DNA from: Mobula hypostoma
Taxonomy: Eukaryota
Length of the DNA: 64,000 bases
Direction: 5' to 3'
NCBI RefSeq assembly: GCF_963921235.1
Contig: NC_086097.1
Location: forward strand, 165,418,001-165,482,000
Below the pieces are notes generated by a model that made no database searches, was not told where the DNA came from, and saw only the letters and a program-made list of their open reading frames with translations. This document shows, one piece after another, positions 38,798 through 51,612 of the stretch; the stretch's first letter is position 1, and each line of letters starts with the position of its first letter. The position numbers and the translations under genes are program-made.

Positions 38798-39112
38798 TGA
38801 GGGATGATTGATAAGTTTGTGGCCTAAGGTAAAGGAGTCAATTTTAGAAAACCTTGCACATTTATTTTTCAACATAGTCCCCTCCTACATTTACACACTT
38901 AGTCCAGCAGTCGTGGAGCATACGGATCCCTTCATTGTAGAAGTCAGCATCTTGGACCTCCAGAAAGTGGTCCACAACAGGGGTGATTGCTAAGTTCGTG
39001 GCCTAAGTAGAAGGAGTTAAGTTATTAACTTCAAAATTTCTGCATAATCACTCAAAGAGTTGAACTGCACGTGCATGTAACGAGGGCTGTATAACTCATC
39101 TCTTTCTACCTT
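38798..39112 (-). mobile_element. Mariner-derived non-autonomous element
   Basis: The minus strand encodes the mariner C-terminus EGIRMLHDCWTKCVNVGGDYVEK*. The TIR-like gatgattgataagtttgtggcctaagg follows a TA and is repeated internally at about 38980. Confidence 0.75.
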
Positions 39113-39859
39113 TTCTGAAAATCTTTTAGGAGTCACAAATAGTGGTACAGTGGTACAGCTGCTGCATTCAATCCTGACCTCTTCCATCTGTGGGTATTTT
39201 GTACGTCTGGGCACTGACCGTATTGGGTTCCACCAGGGTGCTGTAGCTCCCTGACACACACCAGAGTCATAGAGTAGTACAGCCAGCACAGGGACAGGCT
39301 CTTTTACCAAACTAATCCACGGTGGCCATCCAGCTAGTCCCATTTGCCACATTTAGCCCATGTCCCTCCAAACCCCATGTTGTATCCAGATGTCTTAAAT
39401 GTTCTTGTATCTGCCTCCGCCACTTCTTCTGGCACCAGCATTTGCGTTAATAAGTTGCCCCTCAACTCCCTTTTGAGATTTTTTCAAATTTCACCATAAT
39501 AATATGCCCTCAATCTTTCATTTCCCTTCGTTGGGAAAAAGACTGTGTCAGTCTAGCTAAGCCCTGGGTGATTTTATACATCTCTATAAAGTTACCCTTC
39601 AGTGTCCAGTGTTCCAAGTAGAGTCCTCACCTGCTCAACTTCTCCATATCACACAGGCCCTCAAGTCTTGGCAGCAGCCTTGGAAATCACCTTTGCACTC
39701 TTCCCAGTTTAATGATATCTTTCTTATAACTGGATGACCAAAGCTGTAACCAATATTTCAAGTGTGAATTGGCTTCTACTGACCTGCCACAGATGCCAAT
39801 TTAAATGCTTCCTCAGTGAGGAGAGGGGGCAAAACAATCATAGGGGAGGGTAAACAAAT

Positions 39860-40402
39860 ACACTCAAAAACATATACAGTTGTACCGTGGAGAGCATTCT
39901 GACAGGCTGCATCACTGTCTGGTATGGAGGGGCTACTGCACAGGACCAAAAGAAGCTGCAGAAGGTTGTAAATATAGTCAGCTCTATCTTGGGTACTTGC
40001 CTACAAAGTACCCAGGACATCTTTAGGGAGCGGTGTCTCAGAAAAGCAGTGTCCATTAATAAGGACCTCCAGCCCCCAGGGCATGCCCTTTTCTCACTGT
40101 TACCATCAGGAAGGAGGTACAGAAGCCTGAAGGCACACACTCAGCAATTCAGGAACAGCTTCTTCCTCTCTGCCATCCGATTCCTAAATGGACATTGAAT
40201 CTTTGGATACTAGCTCACTTCTTTTTAATATACAGCATTTCTGTTTTTGCACGTTTTTTAAAAATTTATTCAATATATGTAATTGATTTATTTGCTTATT
40301 ATTATGTTTCTCTGCTAAATTACGTATTGCATTGAACTGCTGCTGCTAAGTTAACAAATTTCACGTCACATGCCGGTGATAATAAACCTGATTCTGATTC
40401 TG
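39860..40402 (+). mobile_element. Rex1/Babar 3' fragment
   Basis: ESILTGCITVWYG...HALFSLLPSGRRYRSL (39887..40198) and an attctgattctg tail. Confidence 0.88.
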
Positions 40403-40604
40403 AAATAAGTCTCTGAGCTATAGCAAAAGCAGAGGGTGGACTGATGTGTTTCTTCTGTTGGAGGCTGGCATCTACCTGATGGAACAAATGGACCTTATTA
40501 CAGTGAAAACAACAGAATCACAAATTTTTGTTTTGTATGGTAATTACAGCAAAGGCCTCTATTTTTGTCAGTGTTCCACAATACCAGTTATCTCCTCCAA
40601 AAAA

Positions 40605-40790
40605 CAAGTTGCTTGAGGAACTTAGTGGTTTAGGCAACGTCTGTGGATGGAAATAGGCAGTTAGTGTTTGGAGTCGTGATGAAGGGCTCGACCCAAAATA
40701 TCGACTGCTCATTTCCCTCTATAGATGCTGCCTAACCTGCTGAGTTCCTCCAGCAGTTTGTTTCTTCTTGTTCCAGATTCAAACATCTAT
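40605..40790. mobile_element. Old palindromic Penelope pseudo-LTR remnant
   Basis: gaggaacttag..ggtttaggcaacgtctgtgga is the imperfect reverse complement of tctatagatgctgcctaacctgctgagttcctc. A decayed hammerhead lies in the middle. Confidence 0.65.
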
Positions 40791-40906
40791 AGTCCAGTTA
40801 TCTCTATGTCTAAAATGGCACTGAGATCTTTTTCTATGCTGTGTGCTGATGATATTTTAAGTTCTTTATTTGCTTGTCTGTTCTCTTACGTATGTTTTTC
40901 CTGCAG

Positions 40907-41006
40907 GAGCTCTGTCAGTGTCGCCCCGTGGACGGAAACTGTTCGTGCTGCAAGGAATGCATGCTTTGCTTGGGGACCCTGTGGGACGAGTGCTGCGACT
41001 GTGTGG
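40907..41006 (+). CDS. TWSG1: Twisted gastrulation homolog 1, internal coding exon (100 nt, phase 0 to 1)
   Basis: Acceptor tttttcctgcag|GAG and donor GTGG|gtgagt. Translates [33 protein letters not shown](G), matching the N-terminal cysteine-rich domain of vertebrate TWSG1. Not represented in this frame in the ORF track. Confidence 0.97.
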
Positions 41007-41257
41007 GTGAGTCATCTTTTGTCCTCAGGCATTTGTTAGTTTAATCTCTGTGACGCTGATTGTTAAACTGCAATTGTAAAGAACAAGAAAAGTACAATGT
41101 ACTATTATCTGGGTTGTGTTTTTATTGGAATAATTGCAGCTTGCTTAAGTTTAGTTTGGCATTCCCCATATTGGATTTAGAGTTTAAAATTTCGCTGTAC
41201 TAACTGTTAACTTGGCTTTAGTGACATTCTACTGTTAATCTTATGAGTTTGGCAATT

Positions 41258-42212
41258 ATAGACAATAGATATAGGTGCAGGAGTAGGCCATTCGGCCCTT
41301 CGAGCCAGTACCGCCATTCACTGTGATCATGGCTGATCATCCACAATCAGTATCCAGTTCCTGCCTTATCCCCATAATCTTTGATTCTGCTATCTTTAAG
41401 AGCTCTATCCATCTCTTTCTTGAAAGCATCCAGAGACTTGGCCTCCACAGCCTTCTGGGGCAGAGCATTCCACATATCCACCACCCTATGGGTGAAAAAA
41501 ATTTTCCTCAACTCCATTCTAAATGGTCTACCCCTTATTCTTAAACTGTGGCCTCTGGTTCTGGACTCACCCATCAGTGGGTACATGCTTCCTGCCTCCA
41601 GCGTGTCCAATCCCTTAATAATCTTATATGTTTCAATAAGATCCCCTCTCAGCCTTCTAAATTCCAGAGTATACAAGCCCAGTCGCTCCAATCTTTCGAC
41701 ATATGACAGTCCCGCCATCCTGGGAATTAACCTTGTGAACCTATGCTGCACTCCCTCAATAGCAAGAATGTCTTCCTCAAATTTGGAGACCAAAACTGCA
41801 CACAATACTCCAGGTGTGGTCTCACCAGGGCCCTGTACAACTGCAGAAGGACCTCTTTGCGCTTATACTCAATTCCCCTTGTTATGAAGGCCAGCATGCC
41901 AGTAGCTTTTTTCACTGCCTGCTGTACCTGCATGCTTGCCTTCAGTGACTGATGTACAAGAACACCTAGATCTCATTGTACTTCCCCTTTTCCTAATTTG
42001 ACTCCATTTAGATAATAATCTTCCTTCCTGTTCTTACCACCAAAGTAGATAACCTCACATTTATCCACATTAAACTGCATCTGCCATGCATCCGCCCACT
42101 CTTCCAGCCTGTCCAAGTCACCCTGCATTCTCATAACATCCTCCTCACATTTCACACTGCCACCCAGCTTTGTGTCATTTGCAAATTTGCTAATGTTACT
42201 TTTAATTCCTTC
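41258..42212 (-). mobile_element. CR1 RT-to-3'UTR fragment
   Basis: ORFs 41347..41805, 41727..41933 and 41973..42155 (QGDLDRLEEWADAWQMQFNVDKC). Confidence 0.92.
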
Positions 42213-42625
42213 ATCGAAACCATATGCAATTAAACAACTTAGCTTTATAATTAATTTGACTAAAGGGTTAATAAAGAAAAAGCAAAAAGAAAAGGCCCTA
42301 TTTTAATGAAACAGTCTAATGTGCACAAGTTGGAGCTCACGGTTTCCCTTTTGCTGATCCTTCATCGATTTCCCTGGGCTTCGTCAAATCCCGGCCCCAC
42401 TCCAAGTCCACTCCTATGATCTCTCCTGTCCAGCGTCTTCTCTCTCCATCTCCCACGGAACAAAAGACCCAGGTCACCTCAGTGTCAGGCACACAGCACG
42501 AAAACACACTCTCTTCATTGGATGGCTCACATTCCAAAACACCCATTATCTCTAACCACAGCCCAAACACTACTTCTACAGAAAGACCATTACATTAGCA
42601 GTGAAACCTTTCCTAGGGTGTTACA
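42213..42625 (-). mobile_element. Possible solo or partial LTR
   Basis: The minus strand starts TGTAACACCC and is non-coding. The other terminus and a TSD were not found. Confidence 0.35.
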
Positions 42626-42725
42626 TATAGATTATATATTATACCAAAACTGGAATTTTAAAATGTGCATGATATTGCAAAAGTTAATACTTGGGTAACA
42701 CTTCCAAATATTGTATAATTCTACA

Positions 42726-43442
42726 CAGTGGATTCTGGTTAATTGGGACACATCAGGACCGGTACGTTTTGGCCCAATTAAGTGGCTCTCCAATTAGCCG
42801 AAGTTTGATGGAAATAGGGATAAAAAAGACAAACTGCCAACTGAGAACCAATTCATGTCCTTAAATGAAATACGGAACAAATTAGAACACTACCAAGACC
42901 TATACAGTGCTATAAAACTGTGTATTAGTTCCTAATACTTATCAACAGAGGAATTCATCTGCTGTATTCTTATAATTGACTGTAAATGGACTAACATCAG
43001 CATGGACACCTCCTGCAGGTAATGGACTGCCTTCATACACTACTTTAGACAACTGCATCCTCCAAATCTTCATTTTCATTGTAATATCTTTAAATCTTTG
43101 TAATTTCTAACTTGTTGAAGTAGTGGAATTGTTTCATTTTCTCTTCTGGGCCTTTCTGGCATCTCCAAGTCTGAATGCTTGATACTGCAGTGAGCAAAAC
43201 CATTCCCAATTTTCTTACTGTTTCTCACCAACTATCTGTGCCAAAACGCACTGCTTTTTGAACACAAACATACACAGTGACACTATTTTAGAACTCTGCT
43301 CTAAGCACAGTGTAGTGTCTAGCGGCCAAATGACTGACACTAGTTAGAAACTAGCAACAGTCTCTTCCTCCAACTAAGTGGCCCCTGTCCCAATAAATGG
43401 CTGCCCCAATTAACCAGTGGCCCAATTAACAGGAATCCACTG
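42726..43442. mobile_element. Tigger/pogo-like MITE
   Basis: TIRs CAGTGGATTCTGGTTAATTGGG / CCCAATTAACAGGAATCCACTG. TA follows the right end; the left flank reads CA. Subterminal cccaatta repeats. Confidence 0.8.
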
Positions 43443-43679
43443 TATTTGGAAAGGAAAGTTCTGGTGCATTTACAGGTAAAAGAAAGAAGGACATGTACAA
43501 GGACGTTTGTTAGTTCAGGGCATCCCAATGTTTTGCACCTATTAAAGTATTCTAGAGGATACTTTAGAGTATTTCAATGTACTCCAAAGAGTTCTTTCCA
43601 TCCAGTTCAGTCTCTAGCTTACAGGGCAGTCACTTTCCCACTTTCTCTGTGTACTGTTCTCCCCATACTTTCATCAACT

Positions 43680-43885
43680 CTGCAGATTCTACCTCTGACC
43701 TACACAGCCAGGGGCAATTTACCGTTTCCTTGTTCACCTACCAACCTTTGATGTGAGAGGAAACCTGAGCACTTGGGGGTACCTGTCCAGTTACAGTGGG
43801 GGCGTGGAGTGCGCACACACCGAGTGCCAGATGCCAGGATCGAAGCTGAGATGCTCGAAGCGGTGGCAGCAGCTCTATGAGCTGT
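43680..43885 (-). mobile_element. V-SINE-like remnant
   Basis: The minus strand has a tRNA-like head (ggcacagc...ttcgatcctg) and gtgctcaggtttcctctcacatcaaag. Confidence 0.5.
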
Positions 43886-46096
43886 GCCTCTCTGCCACAA
43901 ATCACAAGTGAAAATTGTTGTACCAGTTTTGCAGCCTTGCTTCAAGGAAATTCAGGACGTTGGGGCTGGCTGTCCTGTGCCTTGAACTAAGATCTGAGGT
44001 TTATGTAGCGGGGAAGGCAGATGTGTAGTTCCACGTGGACATGGTAGGCTGAGAGGCCTGTTTCCGTGTTGCATGATTCTGTGACCCTACAGCCGCCTTT
44101 CTGGTAATAGAGGGATGCAGCATGAACAGGCCTCACTGACTATCAAGCACCTATTTATACCAATTCCAAAGTTCAAAGTACATTTATTATCAAAGTGTGT
44201 ATACATTATACAGCTCTGAGATTCGTCTTCTTGCAGACAACCACAAAAAAAAGAAACCCAAAAGAACCCACTTTAAAAAAGAGACTGTCCAACACTCATT
44301 GTGCGGGGGTGGGGGGGGGGAAACAAATCATGCAAACAATAAACGCAAGGAAATAGCATTCTAAACTGAAGTCCACAAAGAGAATCTGCCCACAGACCTT
44401 AGTTCATGCAGAGCCGAATTAAACTTCTTGGAGCAGTGAGTCTTCCCCTCGCCTGGGACCCCGTCTCCCTGACCTTTTCAATCTGGCTTGGCGCATAAGT
44501 TGTCCAAACATTGGGTTCAGTTGCTTCAATATGCTCTGGGGCCTGGACCCCGCCGCCCTGATAGCACCTTGTACCCAAGCCTATTCTCCTCAACCCCTGA
44601 CCTTCCCCCTCCATTCCTCAGGTTCTGCCATTCGCTTACACTCGGGGCATCTTACAGTGTCCATTTCACCTCCCAAGCCAACATCTTTGCCCATCACAAG
44701 GAGAACGTGCAACCTCCACACAACCAGCACCAGAGGTCAGGATTGAAGTGGGTCTCTGAAGGTGTGAGGTATCTCATGGAAGGTTACATTTCTAACTGTG
44801 TAGGATTTTGTGCTTACATTATTGCGGGGGGAGGGCAACTTGGAGTTCTGGGAAAGACTGTTACCTAAGGACCAATATCTGACACAACAATGAGCGAATT
44901 TTGATTTCTTTGCAAAATTCAGCAGTGTTGTGTCTGCAAATAAGCATTCTATTTTCACTTACTTTGCAAATTACTGAGATATCTTTGTTATTTATAAATC
45001 CTGATTCCTGCAATGTTTGAGCAGAAGGTAACAAATCACGCACAGTTGGTGATCTGGTGTGCAAGGAATTTAACTCTTAAATTAAGCTATTTGATGCTCT
45101 TACATTGTTAAAGGGGATGGGATTTGAAACTGAGAGAAAAGAGAGGGTAAATAGAGGGGCTTTGTCAAAGACCTTGGAACAGTTACTTTTTGTCTTTTGC
45201 AATTTAACTATTTTTCTCATTCGCTCTTCAGAGACTATCTGTGTGTGTCCAATGTCCACCACAGTATAAGCATTTATACGTGTTAACTTGTATATTCAGA
45301 AGGGTTTAATAAGTGCAGAAGTTCTTCTTAACAAGGACCTAACTCCTCATTGGGATTGGTTTATTATTGTCACATATACTGACAAACTATGAAAAACTTG
45401 TCTGCAGAATAACAAATAGCAACTTGTGAGAAAAACCAAGCCCTAAAAATATTATTAAAATGTGCAACAAGTCAGGCTTCATCCTTTGAGAGGTAAAGCT
45501 TTACATCCCTGTTGGATGGCCTTTCATCATCAGAATTATTTTAAAATGTGGTTTTGAGGATAATATTAGAACCAATTAGAATTATGGAGAGATGAAAATC
45601 TACATATTTCCACTTAACATCAGAATGTAAAATCAGGAAACACATGTTCGGTGGTGGTACATTTGGAATATTCTTCCTTATACAGCTGTATACAGATTAT
45701 TGATTGTTAATTTTTAAGCTATTCTTATTGATCAAAGATACTAAGGAGTCATATAACAGACCAGTCACAATCTGACTGAATAAACTTGAGTACTTAAATG
45801 ACTTACTCTTGTTCCTCTGAGGGACTATTTGTTTTGAGCCTTTGTAAGTTCTGCTGTTTCATTTTTTCCCTCTGGTCCTGTCTTTGTTCCTTTGATCACT
45901 CTTTCAATGAAGTTTTGGATTTCTTTATTCATTGCTTTTCTGCATGAAGATTTGTAAAGATAAGTTTCCTCTTAATGTTACACAATAGCTAATGCAATAA
46001 GAGATTGCTGATCCCAGCAGACTGAACTAGCATCCTCTAGAGAAAGTGAAATGTGATAGGTTAATGCTGTGATGTTAATTTTTCTTTAATTCCTAG

Positions 46097-46363
46097 GAAT
46101 GTGCAACCCTAGAAATTATAGTGACACACCACCCACATCAAAGAGTACTGTAGAAGAGCTACACGAACCCATCCCATCTCTCTTCCGTGCTCTGACAGAA
46201 GGTGAAACTCACCTGCATTGGAACATCGTCTCATTCCCTGTCTCAGAAGAGCTCACTTATCATGAGAACCTAGTCTCCTTTTTGGAAAGCCTGGACATGT
46301 CTCCACTTCAGAATATATCACTGCCTGTAAACAGCCCCCATGTAGAAGTCGTGACTGAGAAAG
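46097..46363 (+). CDS. TWSG1: TWSG1 internal coding exon (267 nt, phase 1 to 1)
   Basis: Acceptor ttcctag|GA and donor AAAG|gtaacg. Translates (G)MCNPRNYSDTPPTSKSTVEELHEPIPSLFRALTEG...VVTEK(E), in frame with the flanking exons. Corresponds to the start of ORF 46099..46539. Confidence 0.97.
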
Positions 46364-48379
46364 GTAACGATACCATTTGTTGTTTGGTTGTGTTGAGCTC
46401 GGTAACTCTTTCCTTTTGTCTTGTCAGAACAGGTCATTTCTGCTTGTTATCTGCCTTTGATTCTGGCACAGTTTCCTTTTCATTCACAAAGACTGGCCTG
46501 CCGACATGGTCTATAGCTTTGCTAGTAGTAACAAGCTGATTATAACTGTTACATTGGCTCATCTGATATTAACCTGTCACAGATATTCCCTTTACTCTAC
46601 TCATTCTTGCCGCCTCTTCTCTGCCACTAAAGGCTCTATTGTACTCACACCCAGTTCCGATGAAGGGTCTCAAGTCAGAAACATTAACTCTGTTTCTCCT
46701 TCCACATATGCTGGCTGACCGGCTGAGTGTTTCCAGCTATTCTTGGTAAATTTGTTTATTACTGTCACATATACCAGGGTATCGTGAAAAACGTGTCTTG
46801 CATACTGTTCAATTCGCTACAACAGTGCTTTGAGATAGTACAAAGTAAAACACTAACAGAGGTTTCTTAGCTATGGAGTCAACATGATTGGACCAGAACA
46901 GATTATTGGTGATGGCCACTCCTAGGAACATGAAACTCTCAACCCTCTTAAATTCAGCACCTTTGATGTAAACATGAGCATGTGTACCAGCTGCTAGCCT
47001 TTCTGCTTTTCAAATCTTTCCTATCAGTTGATATAAAACAACAGTGGTTAAATTACTTCAGTTTGTATACTTCCTTTGCCGTACGCAATTGGAGCAAAGG
47101 TTGTAAAGCCTGTTCTGAAGGATGACACACTTTGGCTCCGTCACAATGTATGACAGAGACTCTTTGCTTAAGGTGTTTGTTTGATGATGCGGCTGGGTGG
47201 AGGCTAGAGCTGGAGAATAGTGGTTCGGCAAGAATTTTACAGTGACAAACTTAAATATGGAAACTTTAATATGTATAGTGCAGTTAATTAAGAAGTTACA
47301 GAAAATGCTGTAATAGAAGTTGCAACACCTGTCTTTCACCTCTTCCCTTTTCACCATCAGGGACTAACAGGCTCTCCAGCTTCCTGTCCCTGTCTCTCTA
47401 CCTACTCTTCCTTCATCCTTCAGCCCCCTCCGTTCAGCTGAATGTGTTGTGTGAAACATTCATCATGCTTGTTTACAATGCTCAATAAAACTTTGGAATA
47501 TTGCCAGCACTTTGTAGTTATTCCAATTCCAGAGTTCATTGCCTCTTAAAAGATAATCTGATGGGTCAATTATGTTGCAAGCACTTAAATTAGTGTTGGA
47601 TTAGTAAGACAATAGTGTATTAATGCTTTTGGAATTAATGCTTCCTTTAATTTCCCACTCAGAGTAGCTGATACCTTGTACAGGTGACCCCTGCATTATT
47701 ATCTTACAGACTTCAATATTCACTATGAAAATCATGGCTATGAAATAAAATTTCACTCCGATGAAATTTATTTAAAAGGATAGAAAGTAAATAATTTAAA
47801 CTTTTTCCCCAACTTGCGCCTTTTGCCAGATGAAGATGACATGGCTTTGCACAATGCAAGCGTCACCTGTATTATGCGAAGTGCAATAAGATGCTTTTCT
47901 CCATGGAGAAGGGCATCGGTTTATGGTAAGGGGAAAGAAATTGAAGGGGATCTGGGAAAGAACAGCATCCCATCGTTTTCTCATCACCACTTTATCTGTC
48001 TGTGCTGCTATCAATGTGGATCTTTGTATTTGTACACCAAGGTCCTATTGGTCTTCCTAAAGTCCTACTGATGGTTGTGAATGTCCCACCCATTTTAGAC
48101 CCCTCCCCCCTCCAAAATGCATCACCTCACAATTATCAGGATTAAATTCCATCTACCATTAGGAAATCTAAAGCCTTTGTCTTTAGTTCCCTATTCTGTG
48201 TCCTAGCAACTCAGTGCAATTCTGGTATCCTGGTTGATGCTGAGTTCACCCATACTAAGACCATTAATTTTCAGAATGAGATTTATTTTCCATGACTTGG
48301 ATAATGTGAAATTTGTTGTTCACTTTCACTACATTGCCTCATGCGATTTGCTAAAAACTTTGTTTATATTGTTAATTAC

Positions 48380-48825
48380 TTTAGTCATACCACTGAGCAT
48401 CATCTCGCTCTACATCCTTGCTAAGCTTGAGTTGAGCAAAAATTCTGCTGCTCAATTTCTATTAACCATGTATCTGTCGACCTTTACTTATCTATTTTGC
48501 TGATGTTTCCTCTTTTTTTCAATTATTATTCTCACTTTCAGATTCCTCCACAGCCTTGTCCCATCCTATCTCTGAAATATCTTATAGCCTATACATCTAA
48601 GATCACTGCTTTTTCGGTTCTGGGTCTCCTGCCCAGTCCCAGCCTAACTTCTCTCCTTATTACTCAAAAACGTCTTCTCCTTTAAATGCATATTAAAATC
48701 TACCTTTTTGAGCAAGCTTTTTCACATCTCTTTGACTATTTCTGTCCCAGTATCAAGTTTTGTGTGCTAACATTTGTATGAAGCATGTTTTAGATGTTCT
48801 GTTTTGTCAGAGGCATGTTTTTGAA
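48380..48825 (+). mobile_element. Very old L2/CR1-clade LINE 3' remnant
   Basis: KLELSKNSAAQFLLT resembles L2 KLQLVQNSAAR. The end reads ttaaaatctacctttttgagcaagctttt (LKT.LF..AF-like). Confidence 0.4.
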
Positions 48826-48856
48826 ATTTTATTGACTTTGAAAAAATATTTTGCAG

Positions 48857-49038
48857 AGCCTCTGTGCACCGTGGTCTACTTCAATGAATGCATGTCAATC
48901 CATCAATGTAAAAATTCATGCGAGTCCATGGGTGCCTCGAAGTACAGATGGTTTCACAATGCCTGCTGTGAATGTATAGGCCCAGACTGCATTGATTATG
49001 GCAACAAAGTGGTCAAATGCATGAACTGCACCTTTTGA
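48857..49038 (+). CDS. TWSG1: TWSG1 last coding exon (182 nt to TGA)
   Basis: Acceptor ttttgcag|AG. Translates (E)[59 protein letters not shown], the C-terminal Tsg domain. Confidence 0.97.
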
Positions 49039-49455
49039 AGACAGAACTGTAATGTGAAGGTAGCATGTAATCGCTGTAGAGCTAACAATATTGACCGTCT
49101 TTTCATGTGAAGTTTAGAGTTTTGCTATTTTTTTTGTTAAAGTTCTGCACTTCATGCTTAAGAATGTATTACGGATGTTGGAACTTTGAAGTGACGTGAG
49201 AGTTGAAACTGCAGCTTTTTTATATGGTGTAATTTACTGCTGATGTGTAATTTAAAAAAAAGCATTCCTTTAAAATCATACTGACATGTAGATATATGGA
49301 ATAAATCAATTGTATCTTCTGTTTTTTAATTGATGTACTCCTGCACCTGCTTACATAGTTCTATGAATAAACTATTCTTGTAGGAGTGACAAGGGTGTTT
49401 AAGAGTTAGTTCTACTTTTCTCTCTCACTTATGTAAGTAGCACTTCAACAATAAA
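49039..49455 (+). promoter_or_regulatory. TWSG1 proximal 3' UTR with candidate polyadenylation signals
   Basis: AT-rich and repeat-free after the stop codon. AATAAA at 49300-49305, 49366-49371 and 49450-49455. The true 3' end cannot be determined from sequence alone. Confidence 0.5.
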
Positions 49456-50099
49456 AATGAATCAAAAGATCTACCTGTAGATCAGGATGGAAATGATCCA
49501 GTGGGAACATTCATATTGCACAGGGTATTCCGTTGGCTTGGGCAACCCAGGTTGCTTTCTTAGTAATTTTGGGAAAAACTAAGTGGTTTGTATGAAACCA
49601 AAGTAGGTGTTTCAGTCCCCTGATTGAATTCTGATCTGTCTTTTTAAAATTGCTTCACCCTTGCTCCCCTGAGCAGTCTAATGAGGAGCAGAATGCAAGG
49701 CCGGCTCTTGGTAGAGAGTTGTACTGACATGTAAAAAAACTATTTATTTCATCATGCCAAAATACTTTACAGTGAGTTCCTCCCTGTGCTCTGAGCCAAT
49801 AATAGCCTTGATTTGGAACTCCTGCATAATCTCATGAAAATAATTAGACATACCTCAGTGATTTACAGAGATGTTTGAAATGCAAATAAGGTGCAAGTAT
49901 CAAGTCTGCTCCATTATTCAGTTAAATCAGAGCCAAGGTGCATCTCAACTCTATTTATCGGCCTTTGCCCTCACTGTTTGAAAGAGTTTTACTTCCTTCC
50001 CCTCATTCAGCCCACATGGTTCCTATGTTAATGGCTGGAGTGCCTAGTGTGAGCTGTGGCTGAGCTAGGAGCACTTGCACCTGGGTGCACAGGTACTAA

Positions 50100-51612
50100 C
50101 CTGTGTCAAGCAGGCTTCAATTACACCAGTGCCTAAAAAGAGCCTGGTGTCCTGCCTCAATGACCATCATTCAGTTGCACTTATAGTCACTGATGAAATG
50201 CTATGAGAGGTTTGTGAGGAAACATATCAACTATGGCTGAGGAGAGACTTGGACATGCTCTCATTTGCTTACCATCACAACAGGTCAACAGCAGATGCCA
50301 TTCATTGGCTCTTCACTCAACCCTGGAGCATGTGAACAGTGAAGATGCATACTTCAAGATGCTCTTCATTGGCTACAGCTCAGCATTCGATAGTATCATT
50401 CCCTCAAAACTAACCAATAATCTTGAAGACCTAAGCCTCAATATCTCCTTGTGCAATTGTGTCCTTGATTTTCCCACTTGCAAACTCCGGTCGATTTGGA
50501 TTGGCAACAGCATCTCCTCCACAATTTCCATCAGGACCAGTGCACCACAAGGTTGTGTGCTTAGCCCCTTGCTGTACTCACTATATACTTATGACTGTGA
50601 GACTAAGCACAACTCTAATGCCATATTTAAACTTCTTGACGACACCACTGTCGTTGGGCAAATCAGCACGTAGGGTGATTGAAAATCTAGCTGAGCAGTG
50701 CCACAACAACAACCTCTCACTCAGTATCATCAAGACCAAGGAGATGATTATTGACTTCAGGAGGAGGAAAACGAAGATCCATGAGTGAGTCCTCATCAGG
50801 GGATCTGAGGTGGAGCAGGTCAGCAACATTTCAGAGTATTTGTCCTGGGCCCAACATGTAAGTGCCATTATGAAGAAAGCACAGCAGCGCCTTTACTTTC
50901 TTAGAAGTTTGCGAAGATTCGGAATGACATCGAAAACTCTTGACAAATTTCTATAGATGTGTGGTGGAGAATATATTGACTGGCTGCATCACAGCCTGGT
51001 ATGGAAACACCTATGCCCTCAAATGGAAAAGCCTACAAAAAGTAGTGGATACAGCCCAGTCCATCATGTGTAAAGTCTACAAAATGCAGTGGATATGGCA
51101 CAGCCCATCACAGGTGAAGCCCTCCCCACCATTGAGCACATCTGCATGGAGTGCTGAGGCAGGACAGCAGATCCATCATCAAGGAACACATCATCCAGGA
51201 CATGCTCTCTTCTTGCTGCTGCCATTAGGAAGGAGGTACAGGAGCCTCAGGACTCATACCACCAGGTTCAGGAACAGTTATTTCTCCTCAGTCATCAGGC
51301 TCTTAAACCAGAGAGGATAATTTCACTTGCCCCATCACTTGAACTGTTCCCTCAACCAATGGGCTCACTTTCAAGGACTCTGCATCTCATGTTCTCAATA
51401 TTTATTGCTTACTTATATATAATTATTATTGTTATTTCTTTTGTTTTCCTTTCTTTCTGTATTGCCTTTGTATAATGGTTATATGTCTGTCCGGTTGGAT
51501 GAGGCTTTTTATTGATTCTATTGTGTTACTGTGAATGCCCACAAGAAATTTCATCTCAGGATTGTATATGGTGACGTATATGTACTTTGATAATAAATTT
51601 ATTTTGAACTTT
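50100..51612 (+). mobile_element. Rex1/Babar LINE RT-to-tail fragment
   Basis: LFIGYSSAFDSI, PQGCVLSPLLYSLYT, DDTT, KTKEMIIDFRR and ENILTGCITAWYG motifs; tail ataataaatttattttgaactttga. Confidence 0.9.

Noticed and set aside
40725..41039. ORF 40725..41039 as a protein
   Set aside because: It overlaps the real exon in a different frame and begins in a repeat remnant.
46364..46539. C-terminal extension of ORF 46099..46539
   Set aside because: TWSG1 similarity stops at the GT donor at 46364; the remainder is intronic read-through.
48760..48856. N-terminal part of ORF 48760..49038 as a stand-alone gene
   Set aside because: It lies upstream of the AG acceptor and shows no TWSG1 similarity.
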